Below, in pieces: positions 29,331 through 38,994 of a stretch of DNA of 64,000 nt. Both the position numbers and the translations under genes were made by a program. Numbering within the stretch: the first letter of the stretch is position 1; every line of letters begins with the position of its first letter. This DNA comes from Candidatus Spongiisociaceae bacterium. Lineage in GTDB: Bacteria > Actinomycetota > Acidimicrobiia > Spongiisociales > Spongiisociaceae. The stretch lies in NCBI GenBank assembly GCA_965202665.1, contig OZ241841.1, positions 960,001-1,024,000 on the forward strand. The letters run 5' to 3'. The notes under the pieces are model-generated. The model saw only the letters and a list, made by a program, of their open reading frames with translations. It was not told the origin of the DNA and searched no databases.

Positions 29331-30437
29331 ATGGCCGAGCTGCCCGCCGGGGCGGAGATGGTGATCATCGGGGGCGGGGTGATGGGAACCTCCGCCGCCT
29401 ACCATCTGGCCGCGGCCGGGGCCAAGCCCCTGTTGCTGGAAAGGGAAACGGTGGGCTCCGGTTCCACCGGCAAGGCGGCGGGCGGGTTCCGATGCCAATT
29501 CTCCGATGATCTGAACATCCGCATGGCCTTGGAGAACATCCGCCGCCTGGCCAGATTCGACGAAGAGTTCGGCGTCGACATCGGCTTTCGGCAATACGGG
29601 TACCTGTTTCTGCTGGAGGAGGAGTCGGTGGAAACCTTCCGGGCGGCTACGGACCGGCAGAACCGGCTGGGCGCCCCTTCCCGGTTGCTGACGCCGCAGG
29701 AAGCGGAACGTATCGTCCCCGGCCTTAATGTCGCCGGCCTGGCCGCCGCCGCCTTCTGCCCGGAGGACGGCTATTGCACCCCGGAAGCGGTGGCCCAAGG
29801 CTATATGAGGCGGGCGTTGGAGTTGGGGGCCCGGTTGGCTTCCGGTTGCGAGGCGCGGCGCATTTTGGTACGGGAGGGGCGGATCGCCGGGGTGGAAACC
29901 GACTGGGGGACGGTCTCCTCCGGAGAGGTAATTTTGACCGCCGGGGCGTGGAGCCCGGCCCTGGCCGCCCCGCTGGGTTTGGACCTGCCGGTGCGGATGG
30001 AAAAACGCCATATCTGGCTGACGCGGGGCCGGGACGGTTTCCCCCGGCGCCTCCCGCTGGTCATAGATTTCGCCTCCGGTTTCTACTTTCACCGGGAAGG
30101 GGAAGGGTTGCTGCTGGGAGGGAGGGAATCGTCTTTGGAGGATCTGGCCCCGGCGGTGCAACGGCGGGCGCCGGGCGTCATGGACCTGCAGGTGCGCTAC
30201 GGGTGGTGGGGGTTTTACGGCGTCAGTCCCGACCGCAACGCCCTGATCGGGACCGCCCCCGGCCTGCGCCTGCGCTACGCCGCCGGTTTCAGCGGCCACG
30301 GATTCCAGCAGGGCCCGGTGGTGGGGGAGCATCTGGCCGACTTGGCGCTGGGCAGAGCCCCCGCCTTCGACCTGTCCCCTTTGGACGCCGGGCGGTTCGC
30401 CCGCAACAACGCCCAGCCGGAGGCGGCGGTGGTATGA
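29331..30437 (+). CDS. FAD-dependent oxidoreductase, DAO / sarcosine oxidase beta-like
   Basis: IIGGGVMG, GSTGKAAGG, DGYCTP, TAGAWS, SPDRNALIG, GFSGHGFQQGP. Confidence 0.88.
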   Translation: MAELPAGAEMVIIGGGVMGTSAAYHLAAAGAKPLLLERETVGSGSTGKAAGGFRCQFSDDLNIRMALENIRRLARFDEEFGVDIGFRQYGYLFLLEEESVETFRAATDRQNRLGAPSRLLTPQEAERIVPGLNVAGLAAAAFCPEDGYCTPEAVAQGYMRRALELGARLASGCEARRILVREGRIAGVETDWGTVSSGEVILTAGAWSPALAAPLGLDLPVRMEKRHIWLTRGRDGFPRRLPLVIDFASGFYFHREGEGLLLGGRESSLEDLAPAVQRRAPGVMDLQVRYGWWGFYGVSPDRNALIGTAPGLRLRYAAGFSGHGFQQGPVVGEHLADLALGRAPAFDLSPLDAGRFARNNAQPEAAVV

Positions 30438-31687
30438 GCGGCGGCCTGGAACTTTCCCCCCGGGATCGGGAAATGCTGGCGGGCGCTTGCGGCCCGGCCG
30501 CGTCCATGGCCATGCGCTTGCTGACCGGGCTGGCCCGGGCGGCCGGAGCCCGGCGACTGATCGACATCACCGGGGCCCATGTGGACAGCGCCCTGTGCCA
30601 AGGGCGGGCCTCCCTGGATTTCGCGGCGCGGCTGCGGGACCTGGGGGGGCGGGTGCGGGTTCCCACCACTCTCAACATAGGGGCGGTGGACCTGCTGCAC
30701 CCGGAGCTGGTGGGGGGGGACGAGGCGACCCGGCGGATGGGGCGGGAGGTCATGGGGGCCTTCGTCGATATGGGCTGCGTTCCCACTTGGACCTGCGCCC
30801 CTTACCAAACGGTGAACCGGCCCGCCTTGGGGGAATACGTGGCGTGGGGGGAGTCAAACGCGGTGGTGTTCGCCAACTCGGTTTTAGGGGCCCGCACCCC
30901 CCGCTTCGGGGACTTCGCGGACATCGCGGCCGCGGTCGCCGGCCGCGCGCCGGAGATGGGGCTGTACCTGGACCGCAACCGGCGGGCGGATGTCCGCTAT
31001 CACCTGTCCGGTTTCTCCGCCGAACATTTGGCGAGCGAAGAGTTGTTTGCGGTGCTCGGTTACCTGATCGGGCGGGACGCGGGAACGGGGGTGCCGGTCA
31101 TAACCGGCGTGGAACAGGCGACGGAGGACCAGCTGAAGGCGCTGGGGGCGGCGGCGGCGGCCTCCGGAACGGTGGGAATGTTCCATATGGCGGGTATAAC
31201 CCCCGAAGCCCCTTCATGGCAGGCGGCGGCGGGGGGGCGGAGCCTGCGCCTGGTGGAGGTGACCCCGTCCCGGCTGGCCGCCGCCCGCAGGGCCCTGTCC
31301 ACCGCCGACGGCGGAGCGGTGCAGGTGGTCAACCTGGGAACCCCCCACTATTCGGCCCGCCAGGTGGAACGGCTGCGCCGCCTGCTGGCCGGGAGGCCGG
31401 TCCATCCGCAGGTGGCCCTGTACGTGAACCTGGGGCGGGAGACGCTGGCCGGGCTGTCCTGCGCCGGGGAACTGGAAGAGTCGGGGGTGACGTTCGTGAC
31501 CGACACCTGCACCTATGTGACCTCCATTCTGGACGATCGGGCGCGGCTGGCGATGTGCGACTCGGCCAAATGGGCCTACTACGCCCCCGGCAACCTGGGA
31601 ATAGAGGTGGTGTTCGGTTCCGCGGAGGAATGCGTGGAGTCGGCGGTGGCGGGCCGGGTGATGCGGGAGGAGAACCCGTGGGGCTGA
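30434..31687 (+). CDS. Aconitase X catalytic (large) subunit, DUF521
   Basis: ATGA overlap; AHVDS, VPTTLN, TWTCAPY, AWGESNAVVFANSVLGART, LKALGAA, MFHMAGITPEA, LGTPH, TDTC, DSAKWAYY. Confidence 0.9.
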   Translation: MSGGLELSPRDREMLAGACGPAASMAMRLLTGLARAAGARRLIDITGAHVDSALCQGRASLDFAARLRDLGGRVRVPTTLNIGAVDLLHPELVGGDEATRRMGREVMGAFVDMGCVPTWTCAPYQTVNRPALGEYVAWGESNAVVFANSVLGARTPRFGDFADIAAAVAGRAPEMGLYLDRNRRADVRYHLSGFSAEHLASEELFAVLGYLIGRDAGTGVPVITGVEQATEDQLKALGAAAAASGTVGMFHMAGITPEAPSWQAAAGGRSLRLVEVTPSRLAAARRALSTADGGAVQVVNLGTPHYSARQVERLRRLLAGRPVHPQVALYVNLGRETLAGLSCAGELEESGVTFVTDTCTYVTSILDDRARLAMCDSAKWAYYAPGNLGIEVVFGSAEECVESAVAGRVMREENPWG

Positions 31688-32112
31688 CGCGGGCGGCGGG
31701 CGTTGCCCATCAGGCCGGTTCGGCCGAGGGGTTGAGCCTGCGGCTGACCGAGCCGATAAGTTTCTGGGGCGGGGTGGACCCGGCGAACGGGGTAATAATC
31801 GACCGCCGCCATCCCCAAGCGGGCCGGTCCGTTTCCGGCCGAATTTTGCTGATGCCCCACGGGCGGGGTTCCACCACCGGGGCGGGGTCTCTGGCGGAAT
31901 GCATCCGGGTAGGAACCGGCCCGGCGGGAATAATCCTGCAAACCCCAGACCACGTAATGACCGTGGGCGTGTTGGCCGCGGCCGAGTTATACCCGGATCG
32001 CATCTGCCCGCTAGTGGTAACCGCCCATCCCGACGATTACGAAAAACTGGCCGACGGGCTGCCCACCGCCATTCACCCCGATGGCTCCGTAACCCAGCGA
32101 CCTGTTGCATAA
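31678..32112 (+). CDS. Aconitase X swivel (small) subunit, DUF126
   Basis: GTG start with RBS GGAGG; PISFWGGVDPANGVIIDRRHP, GRILLMPHGRGST, GPAGII. Confidence 0.88.
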   Translation: MGLTRAAGVAHQAGSAEGLSLRLTEPISFWGGVDPANGVIIDRRHPQAGRSVSGRILLMPHGRGSTTGAGSLAECIRVGTGPAGIILQTPDHVMTVGVLAAAELYPDRICPLVVTAHPDDYEKLADGLPTAIHPDGSVTQRPVA

Positions 32113-32119
32113 TAAGCGA

Positions 32120-33265
32120 ATGCGCATCACCCATCTCCGACTGGCCAACTGGCGCAACTTCAAAAGCGCCGATGTGGACCTGCAGAACCGGGTGTTTATC
32201 GTCGGCCCCAACGCCTCCGGCAAATCCAATCTGTTGGACGCCCTCCGCTTCCTAAAGGAAACGGCCTCCGCCGGTTTTCAGCAGGCGGTAGGCAATCGGG
32301 GCGGGCTGGCGCGCGTCCGTTGCCTGGCCGCCAGCAACTTCAACCATAGCCATGTAACAATCAAAGCAACCATCGGCGATGATAATCAACCTGATATGTG
32401 GGAATACGAAATAACCTTTAAATCCGAGGGCAGAGGCCACCGTCGTCCGATACTGCATAAGGAACGCGTATCCCAAAACGGCAAAATCATCTTAGAACGT
32501 CCCAACAAGCGAGACTTGAAAGATTCGGAGTTGCTCACCCAAACCCACTTAGAACACGTAAACACCAACGCAAAATTCCGCTCCATGGCCAAATTTCTGA
32601 ATTCCGTCTCATACTTGCACCTAGTACCCCAGTTCGTTCGACATCCGGAACGAGTGGCGATAATGGACAACGATCCTTTTGGCACTGATCTTTTACGCCA
32701 AATGGCTAAAACAAAGCCAAGAACTCGTGAAAAACAGCTACGCAACATCAACCAAGCTCTGAAAATAGCCTTACCACAACTGGACAATATGGAGCTGAAA
32801 CAGGATGATATAGGTAAATGGCGCCTTCAAGAACGCTACGAGCACTGGCGCTCTCGTCCGGCGTTTCAGGATGAAAGGGATTTTTCAGACGGTACTCTCC
32901 GATTGATTGGACTGCTTTGGGCATTACAGGGACAAAAAGGTCCTGTGTTGTTCGAAGAGCCGGAGCTGTCCCTGCATTCAGAAGTGGTTCGCTGGCTTCC
33001 CTCCCTCTTTCACTTAGTTCAGAAGGCAAGCGAACCCCAAGTAATACTCACCACTCATTCCCCCAATATGTTGGAGGATGAAGGAGTAAATACAAGAGAA
33101 GTAGTTCTGCTCCGACCGGGGACTGAGGGAACAAACGCTGTCACCACTGATACATTAGATCAGGTCAAGGAGGTAATAAATATGGGGTTTCCAATAGGCG
33201 ACTCCGTTATACCGCTTTCCAAACCCGAAACCCCCCACCGAATAGCACTAGAGTTCGCGCCTTGA
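32120..33265 (+). CDS. ABC-type/AAA_21 ATPase (RecF/SMC-like N-terminus)
   Basis: MRITHLRLANWRNFK, GPNASGKSN, FSDGTLRL, LFEEPELSLH, ILTTHSP; lower GC than flanks. Confidence 0.85.
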   Translation: MRITHLRLANWRNFKSADVDLQNRVFIVGPNASGKSNLLDALRFLKETASAGFQQAVGNRGGLARVRCLAASNFNHSHVTIKATIGDDNQPDMWEYEITFKSEGRGHRRPILHKERVSQNGKIILERPNKRDLKDSELLTQTHLEHVNTNAKFRSMAKFLNSVSYLHLVPQFVRHPERVAIMDNDPFGTDLLRQMAKTKPRTREKQLRNINQALKIALPQLDNMELKQDDIGKWRLQERYEHWRSRPAFQDERDFSDGTLRLIGLLWALQGQKGPVLFEEPELSLHSEVVRWLPSLFHLVQKASEPQVILTTHSPNMLEDEGVNTREVVLLRPGTEGTNAVTTDTLDQVKEVINMGFPIGDSVIPLSKPETPHRIALEFAP

Positions 33266-33322
33266 CATACATCAGATACATCGTAGGGGCAGACGGGAAA
33301 CCGGACGGCGGATGGTAACCGG

Positions 33323-33470
33323 TTGAAACGGAAACGCCGGCGGCGGTCGTTCTACACGGATACCGAAAACCTGTTTCGTACCCGTCGGAACGAACATCCC
33401 AAAAAATTTGACCGCGACCCGGACGGATGGTTGCCCGACCGGAAACGGTGCGACTACATATCCGGTGGCC
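33323..33470 (+). pseudogene. Possible remnant of an HNH/DUF1524-type nuclease C-terminus
   Basis: RRRSFYTDTENL...KFDRDPDGWLP...RCDYI resembles F.ND..NL...K....P..WLP...C.Y of DUF1524-like nucleases. It has no N-terminus and degenerates afterwards. Confidence 0.35.
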
Positions 33471-33505
33471 GCTCGCTGGTTGCGGGGCGAACCTCCCGTT
33501 TCCCG

Positions 33506-34027
33506 CTAGGAGGCGGAGGGGGGATGGAGGATGCGGGGTCCGGGCCAGGCGGGGGTTTCCAAACGACGGAGTTCCTGGTCGGAGAGGGCGGGGAGCAGGT
33601 CGGCTATACGGGTCCCGTCCGGGTGGCGGGCCTCCGGCCAGGCTTCCGCTAGGGGCTCGATTACGAACCGGCGGAGCCGGTAGCGGGGGTGGGGCACGGT
33701 GAGCCATTCCAAATCCACCCTCTCCTCCCCGTACAGGATCAGATCCAGATCCAGGGTTCTCGGCCCCCACCGCCCGTCCCGCACCCGTCCGAAGCGATCC
33801 TCGATGCCGTGCAACGCCCCCAGCAGGAAAAACGGGTCATATTCGGTATCCAAAACCGCCGCCGCGTTATAGAAGTCGTCCTGCTCCACCCCGCCCCAGG
33901 GCGCCGTCTGGTAGAGGGACGACAACCCCGCCGTCTCCCCCATCCCCCCCAGCTCCCGCACCGCCCCGCTCAGGTTGGCCGTCCGGTCGCCCATATTCGA
34001 CCCCAAAGAAACAACGGCCAGCGGCAT
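33506..34027 (-). CDS. folK: 2-amino-4-hydroxy-6-hydroxymethyldihydropteridine diphosphokinase
   Basis: SLGSNMG, SSLYQTAPWG, QDDFYNA, RWGPRTLDLD, VPHP, RRFV. Confidence 0.93.
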   Translation of the reverse strand: MPLAVVSLGSNMGDRTANLSGAVRELGGMGETAGLSSLYQTAPWGGVEQDDFYNAAAVLDTEYDPFFLLGALHGIEDRFGRVRDGRWGPRTLDLDLILYGEERVDLEWLTVPHPRYRLRRFVIEPLAEAWPEARHPDGTRIADLLPALSDQELRRLETPAWPGPRILHPPSAS

Positions 34028-34407
34028 CAGGAAACGCCCGGCCGGGAGCGGGTTATGGAAACCGAGGCCTCGTCGAACGGCACAGGAATGGGGGCCTCCG
34101 GTTTGCGAACGGTCACCTCCACCCGCTCCGCCACCGGGTTTTCCAGCACCAGCTCCGCCACCCGTTGCGCCACCCGTTCGATGAGGTTCCAACGCTCCTC
34201 GGAAACCCGCTGATGAACGGCCAAAGCCAACCCCCCGTAATCCAGGGTGCGACTCAGATCATCGGCGGCCGCCGCCTGCGCCGTATCCAAGTGGACGGTT
34301 ACGTCGATCAGAAAATTTTGGCCCTGGGTTCGCTCCGACTCCAAAACCCCGTGATGGGCGAACACCCGCAGGCCGCGGATGGCGATCCTGTCCAAACCGC
34401 CTCTCAA
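34027..34407 (-). CDS. folB: Dihydroneopterin aldolase
   Basis: DRIAIRGL, HHGVLESER..GQ.F, DDL..TLDY, NLIE, KPEAPI. Confidence 0.93.
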   Translation of the reverse strand: MRGGLDRIAIRGLRVFAHHGVLESERTQGQNFLIDVTVHLDTAQAAAADDLSRTLDYGGLALAVHQRVSEERWNLIERVAQRVAELVLENPVAERVEVTVRKPEAPIPVPFDEASVSITRSRPGVS

Positions 34408-34880
34408 TCGTCGGGGGGGATCAGTTCCCGGGATTCGGGACCGAGCGGCCGGCCCAAGATCCCTTCGATGGCCCGGGCGGCGGCCATCTCATCCGGCACC
34501 AGCCCGGCGTATCTGATGTATCCGGCCAGCATCCCGGCCATGGTGCCGTCCACCGCCTCCTTGTGCACCAGCACCCGGGCTTCCGGTTCGGACAGGGCCT
34601 CGTGCAGGATGGGGAACACCCGCGCCACCGCCTCCTGATCGTATTCCAATTCCACCGGAGCGTGGTAAGCCAGCAACCCCGCCTCCCGGTACACCTCGAT
34701 GTTATGCACGCTGGGCAGCAACGACACCACCGACGTGAACCCTTTTTCCCGCAACCAGGCGATCTCCTCCCCCCGGCGCACCGGCCGGTGCTCGAAGCCG
34801 TGTCCGCCGATGCGGCTGGATACGGCCAGCCGCCCGGTTATCACCCACTTGAAATCACGCGGTTGCAGTCCTGTCGCCAT
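34404..34880 (-). CDS. Protein-tyrosine/dual-specificity phosphatase-fold protein lacking the catalytic Cys
   Basis: FKWVITGRLAVSSR, WLREKGFTSVVSLL, and VLVHKEAVDG in place of VLVHCxxGxxR. Confidence 0.6.
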   Translation of the reverse strand: MATGLQPRDFKWVITGRLAVSSRIGGHGFEHRPVRRGEEIAWLREKGFTSVVSLLPSVHNIEVYREAGLLAYHAPVELEYDQEAVARVFPILHEALSEPEARVLVHKEAVDGTMAGMLAGYIRYAGLVPDEMAAARAIEGILGRPLGPESRELIPPDD

Positions 34881-35745
34881 CTTCGTCCTCACCGCCGCGG
34901 GCCGTTTCGGATGCCCCTACCATAGCGCAGGCTACCGCGGCCGCGTCCGCCGCGTAGGCCGGATGGTGGGTGCGCACCACCGCCGCCCCGTTCATGACCG
35001 CCAAACCGGCCATCACCGCCGAGGCCGCGTCCCGCTCCCCCACCGCCCGTCCGGTGATTACGCCCAGAAACGACTTGCGGGAAACCCCCACTACCACCGG
35101 CGGCCCCACCGCGGCCAACTCCCCCAACCCGGCCAGCAACCGCAAGTTGTGGTCGGCGGTTTTCCCGAAACCGATCCCCGGGTCGATGGCCACCGCCCGG
35201 CGGTCCACCCCCGCCTCCACCGCCGCCTCGGTGCGGGCCCGTAGAAAATCCCGCACTTCGGCCACCACGTTCTTATAGCGGGGATTGCGTTGCATGGTGC
35301 GGGGGTCGCCTTGCATATGCATCAGCACCACCCCCGCCTCCGCTTCAGCGCACACCCGGGCCATGCCGTCCGCCCGCAGCGCCGTCACATCGTTCACCGC
35401 CGCCGCCCCCGCCTCCAGGCAAGCCTCCGCCACCCGCGGCCGGTAAGTGTCTATGGACACCACCGCCCCCGCCTGCGCCAACTCCCGCACCGCGTCCACC
35501 ACCCGTCGCAACTCTTCAGATTCGGGTATTTCAGCCGCCCCCGGACGGGTGGAAGCTCCGCCCACGTCGATCACATGGGCTCCTTCTTCCCGCAAGCGCA
35601 ACCCGTGGGCCACCGCCTGTTCGGTCTGGAAAAAACGCCCGCCGTCCGAAAAGGAGTCGGGGGTGATGTTGACCACTCCCATTATCAGAACCGGCGGTGC
35701 GGGTTGCGGAAGCCCGCCCCGCACCCGCCACGCCGGCCGGGTCAA
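34855..35745 (-). CDS. folP: Dihydropteroate synthase
   Basis: [57 protein letters not shown] start overlapping the folE stop is assumed. Confidence 0.93.
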   Translation of the reverse strand: MTRPAWRVRGGLPQPAPPVLIMGVVNITPDSFSDGGRFFQTEQAVAHGLRLREEGAHVIDVGGASTRPGAAEIPESEELRRVVDAVRELAQAGAVVSIDTYRPRVAEACLEAGAAAVNDVTALRADGMARVCAEAEAGVVLMHMQGDPRTMQRNPRYKNVVAEVRDFLRARTEAAVEAGVDRRAVAIDPGIGFGKTADHNLRLLAGLGELAAVGPPVVVGVSRKSFLGVITGRAVGERDAASAVMAGLAVMNGAAVVRTHHPAYAADAAAVACAMVGASETARGGEDEDGDRTATA

Positions 35746-36326
35746 ACGCGCCCTCCGGCGATCAGGGAGAAAGCCTCGGCCCGGGTGGCCGGGTTGGACT
35801 GGAACAGCCCCCGCACCGCCGAAGTCTGGGTGACCGCACCGGGCTTGCCCACCCCCCGCATTTCCATGCACAAATGCCGGGCCTCCACTACCACCAGCGC
35901 CCCGCGCGGCTGCAAGGTTTCCATCAACGCCTCCGCGGTCTGGGTGGTGAGCCGCTCCTGCATCTGCGGGCGGCGGGCGTAACCTTCCACCAGCCGGGCC
36001 AACTTGGACAGGCCGGTGACCGTCCCATCCGGCAAATAGGCGATGTGGGCCCGGCCGTAGAAGGGCAGAAAATGATGTTCGCACATTGAATAAAAGTTGA
36101 TGTCCCGCACCATGACCATCTCCTGATGGTCGTCTTCTATGAACACCCGGCGCAGATCCCGTCGGGGATCCCGGTCCAGTCCCTGGAAAATTTCGGCGTA
36201 CATCCGGGCCACCCGCTGCGGGGTTTCCGACAGGCCCTCCCGGTCGGGGTTTTCGCCGATGGCCCGCAGTATCAGGCGCATCGCCTCTTCGATGGCCGGC
36301 TGGTCGATAACCCGGGACGCCTCCAT
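35742..36326 (-). CDS. folE: GTP cyclohydrolase I
   Basis: [44 protein letters not shown]. Confidence 0.96.
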   Translation of the reverse strand: MEASRVIDQPAIEEAMRLILRAIGENPDREGLSETPQRVARMYAEIFQGLDRDPRRDLRRVFIEDDHQEMVMVRDINFYSMCEHHFLPFYGRAHIAYLPDGTVTGLSKLARLVEGYARRPQMQERLTTQTAEALMETLQPRGALVVVEARHLCMEMRGVGKPGAVTQTSAVRGLFQSNPATRAEAFSLIAGGRV

Positions 36327-36354
36327 CCCGCCCGCCGTCCCGGAAACCGCCGCC

Positions 36355-38340
36355 CTAACCCGGAGCAGGGGCGGGAGACGGGGAGGGGCCGGGGGGTGAC
36401 GGGGACGGGGACGGGGAAGCGGCGGGGGCGGCGGTTTGGGAGGCCGCGGCCTGTTCGGAGGCGGGGGCGCTCACCGGCGGGGCCTGTATGCGCTCCTCGC
36501 CTTCTTCGCTCATCTCCCATTTGTCCACGTCGTGGAAGACTTCCCCGATTTCCTCCGCCTGCAAGGTTTCCGCTTCCAGCAACCGTTCCGCCAGCCGGTG
36601 CAGGGCGTGGATGTGGGTGGTGAGAATGCGGTTGGCCTCGTCGTGGGCCTGGTTGAGCAGGGCCCGCACTTCGTCGTCGATGGCGGCCGCCACCTCGTCG
36701 GAATAGTCCTGCTGGCTGGAATAATCCCGGCCCAGGAAAACCTCGCCGTGCCCTTTCCCGTATTTCATCGGACCCAGGTTGTCGCTCATCCCGTATTCCA
36801 TCACCATCCGGCGGGCCATCTCGGTGGCTTTTTCGATGTCGTTGGAGGCTCCGGTGGTCGGATCGGCGAATATCAGCTCCTCGGCCGCCCTCCCCCCCAA
36901 AAGCATGGCCAACTGGTCGGTCAATTCGGAGCGGCGCATGTAGTTGCGGTCTTCGGTGGGCAGGGACAAGGTGTATCCGCCCGCCCGGCCGCGGGGAATG
37001 ATGGTCACCTTGTGGATGGGGTCGGCGTTGGGGAGGGCGTAGCCGACCAGGGCGTGCCCGCCTTCGTGGTAGGCGGTTACTTTCCGTTCCTGTTCGGTCA
37101 TCACCCGGCTTTTGCGCTCCGGGCCGGCGATCACCCGGTCGATGGCCTCTTCCAGTTCGGAACGCCCGATGCGGGCCTTGCTCCGCCGGGCCGCCAGCAA
37201 CGCCCCCTCGTTTATCAGGTTGGCTAAGTCGGCGCCGGTGAAACCGGGTGTGGAGCGGGCGATAACCTCCAAATCCACTTCTTCGTCCAACGGCTTGCCT
37301 TTGGCGTGCACGGCCAGAATCGCCGCCCGCCCTTTCAAGTCGGGACGGTCCACCACCACCTGCCGGTCGAACCGTCCGGGGCGGAGCAAAGCCGGGTCCA
37401 GAATGTCCGGCCGGTTGGTGCCGGCGATCACGATCACCCCGCTGGAAACATCGAACCCGTCCAGTTCCACCAGCAACTGGTTGAGCGTCTGCTCCCGTTC
37501 GTCGTGGCCGCCCCCCAGGCCCGCCCCCCGGTGGCGTCCCACCGCGTCGATCTCGTCGATGAACACGATGGCCGGAGCGGCCGATTTGGCCTGCTCGAAC
37601 AAGTCCCGCACCCGGCTGGCCCCCACGCCGACGAACATTTCCACGAAATCCGAACCGGAGATGGAAAAGAAGGGCACCCCGGCTTCCCCGGCCACCGCCC
37701 GGGCCAGCAGGGTTTTGCCGGTGCCCGGCGAGCCGTACAGCAACACCCCTTTGGGTATCTTGGCCCCCATCTGCCGGAACTTGTCCGGCGACTCCAGGAA
37801 CTCCTTTATCTCCCCCAGCTCTTCTATGGCCTCCTCCAAGCCGGCCACGTCCTCGAAGGTGACTTTGGGCTGGTCTTTCTGCACCTGCTTGGCTTTGGCT
37901 TTGCCGAACTGCATGATGCGGCTGCCTCCCCCCTGCATCTGCATGAAGATGAAAATCATGAATCCGATGATCACCAGCCAGGGGAGGAAACTGAGGAAGA
38001 AATCCCAGAAAGTGGGCGGCTCGGCGTCGGTGGTCACCTCCACCCCGTTGTCCAACAGCAACCTGGTCAGCTCATCCCCGTATTCCGCCGGGTAGAGCAC
38101 GCGGAAGTTGGGGGCTATCCCCACCGGGGCTATCTCCCCTTCACGCAGGGACCCCTCCACCGCATGGGAACGTTCCAGCAGGGTGACTTCGGCCACCACC
38201 CCGCTCCGCACCGCTGTTTCGAACACGGTCAGATCGGTTTCCTCGAATTGGTTGGAGGAACCGAAGAAACGTTGACCCATCAGCACCAGTATCAAAATGG
38301 CCAAGCCGTAGATGATGATGGTGCGTGCCGTTCTTTTCAT
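36355..38340 (-). CDS. ftsH: ATP-dependent zinc metalloprotease FtsH
   Basis: Two transmembrane helices, [39 protein letters not shown]. Confidence 0.97.
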   Translation of the reverse strand: MKRTARTIIIYGLAILILVLMGQRFFGSSNQFEETDLTVFETAVRSGVVAEVTLLERSHAVEGSLREGEIAPVGIAPNFRVLYPAEYGDELTRLLLDNGVEVTTDAEPPTFWDFFLSFLPWLVIIGFMIFIFMQMQGGGSRIMQFGKAKAKQVQKDQPKVTFEDVAGLEEAIEELGEIKEFLESPDKFRQMGAKIPKGVLLYGSPGTGKTLLARAVAGEAGVPFFSISGSDFVEMFVGVGASRVRDLFEQAKSAAPAIVFIDEIDAVGRHRGAGLGGGHDEREQTLNQLLVELDGFDVSSGVIVIAGTNRPDILDPALLRPGRFDRQVVVDRPDLKGRAAILAVHAKGKPLDEEVDLEVIARSTPGFTGADLANLINEGALLAARRSKARIGRSELEEAIDRVIAGPERKSRVMTEQERKVTAYHEGGHALVGYALPNADPIHKVTIIPRGRAGGYTLSLPTEDRNYMRRSELTDQLAMLLGGRAAEELIFADPTTGASNDIEKATEMARRMVMEYGMSDNLGPMKYGKGHGEVFLGRDYSSQQDYSDEVAAAIDDEVRALLNQAHDEANRILTTHIHALHRLAERLLEAETLQAEEIGEVFHDVDKWEMSEEGEERIQAPPVSAPASEQAAASQTAAPAASPSPSPSPPGPSPSPAPAPG

Positions 38341-38475
38341 TTCTTCCTTTGCCTATTCTACCCGGATGCGCCGGCGCCCGTAGCCCATATGCTACGACCT
38401 GGTCGAATTTAACGCCCACCGCGCCGGGCCGCGTCGGGCCGCCGCCTCCCAGGTTACCACATCCCGCTACCTGCG

Positions 38476-38994
38476 CTACTCCTGCATCACCCCCACATAA
38501 GGGAGGTGGCGGTATTTCTGGGCGTAATCCAAGCCGTAGCCGATCACGAACTCGGGGGCGATGGTGAAGGCCAGGTAGCGCACGTCGATGGGCTGTTGCT
38601 GCATCCCCTCCTTAAGCAGGAAGGCCGCCAACTCCAACGAGGCCGGTTGGCGCACCCGTAGCATTTTCAGCAGATAACGCAGGGTAAGCCCGGTGTCCAC
38701 GATGTCCTCCACCAGCAGCACATGCCGTCCGGCGATTTCGGTATCCAAGTCTTTTAGGATGCGAACCACTCCCGAAGAGGTGGTTTCATCGCCGTATGAG
38801 GAGGTGGCTATGAAATCGAACTGCACCGGCAACCGGATGTTGCGGGCCAAATCGGCCATGGTGATGAACCCGCCTTTCAGAACCCCCACCATCAGCAACT
38901 CCTTGCCCTGGTAGTCGCGGGTTATCCGCCGGCCCATCTCCCGCAACCGGGAACGTATCTCCCGTTCGTTAATCAGTACGCGACCGACTTCCAC
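38476..38994 (-). CDS. hpt: Hypoxanthine phosphoribosyltransferase
   Basis: VGVLKGG, SSYG, VLLVEDIVDTGLTL, FVIGYGLDY; GTG start with RBS GGAGGA. Confidence 0.94.
   Translation of the reverse strand: MEVGRVLINEREIRSRLREMGRRITRDYQGKELLMVGVLKGGFITMADLARNIRLPVQFDFIATSSYGDETTSSGVVRILKDLDTEIAGRHVLLVEDIVDTGLTLRYLLKMLRVRQPASLELAAFLLKEGMQQQPIDVRYLAFTIAPEFVIGYGLDYAQKYRHLPYVGVMQE

Noticed and set aside
36355-36480. Pro/Ser repeat at the FtsH C-terminus
   Set aside because: An ordinary low-complexity tail, common in actinobacterial FtsH.
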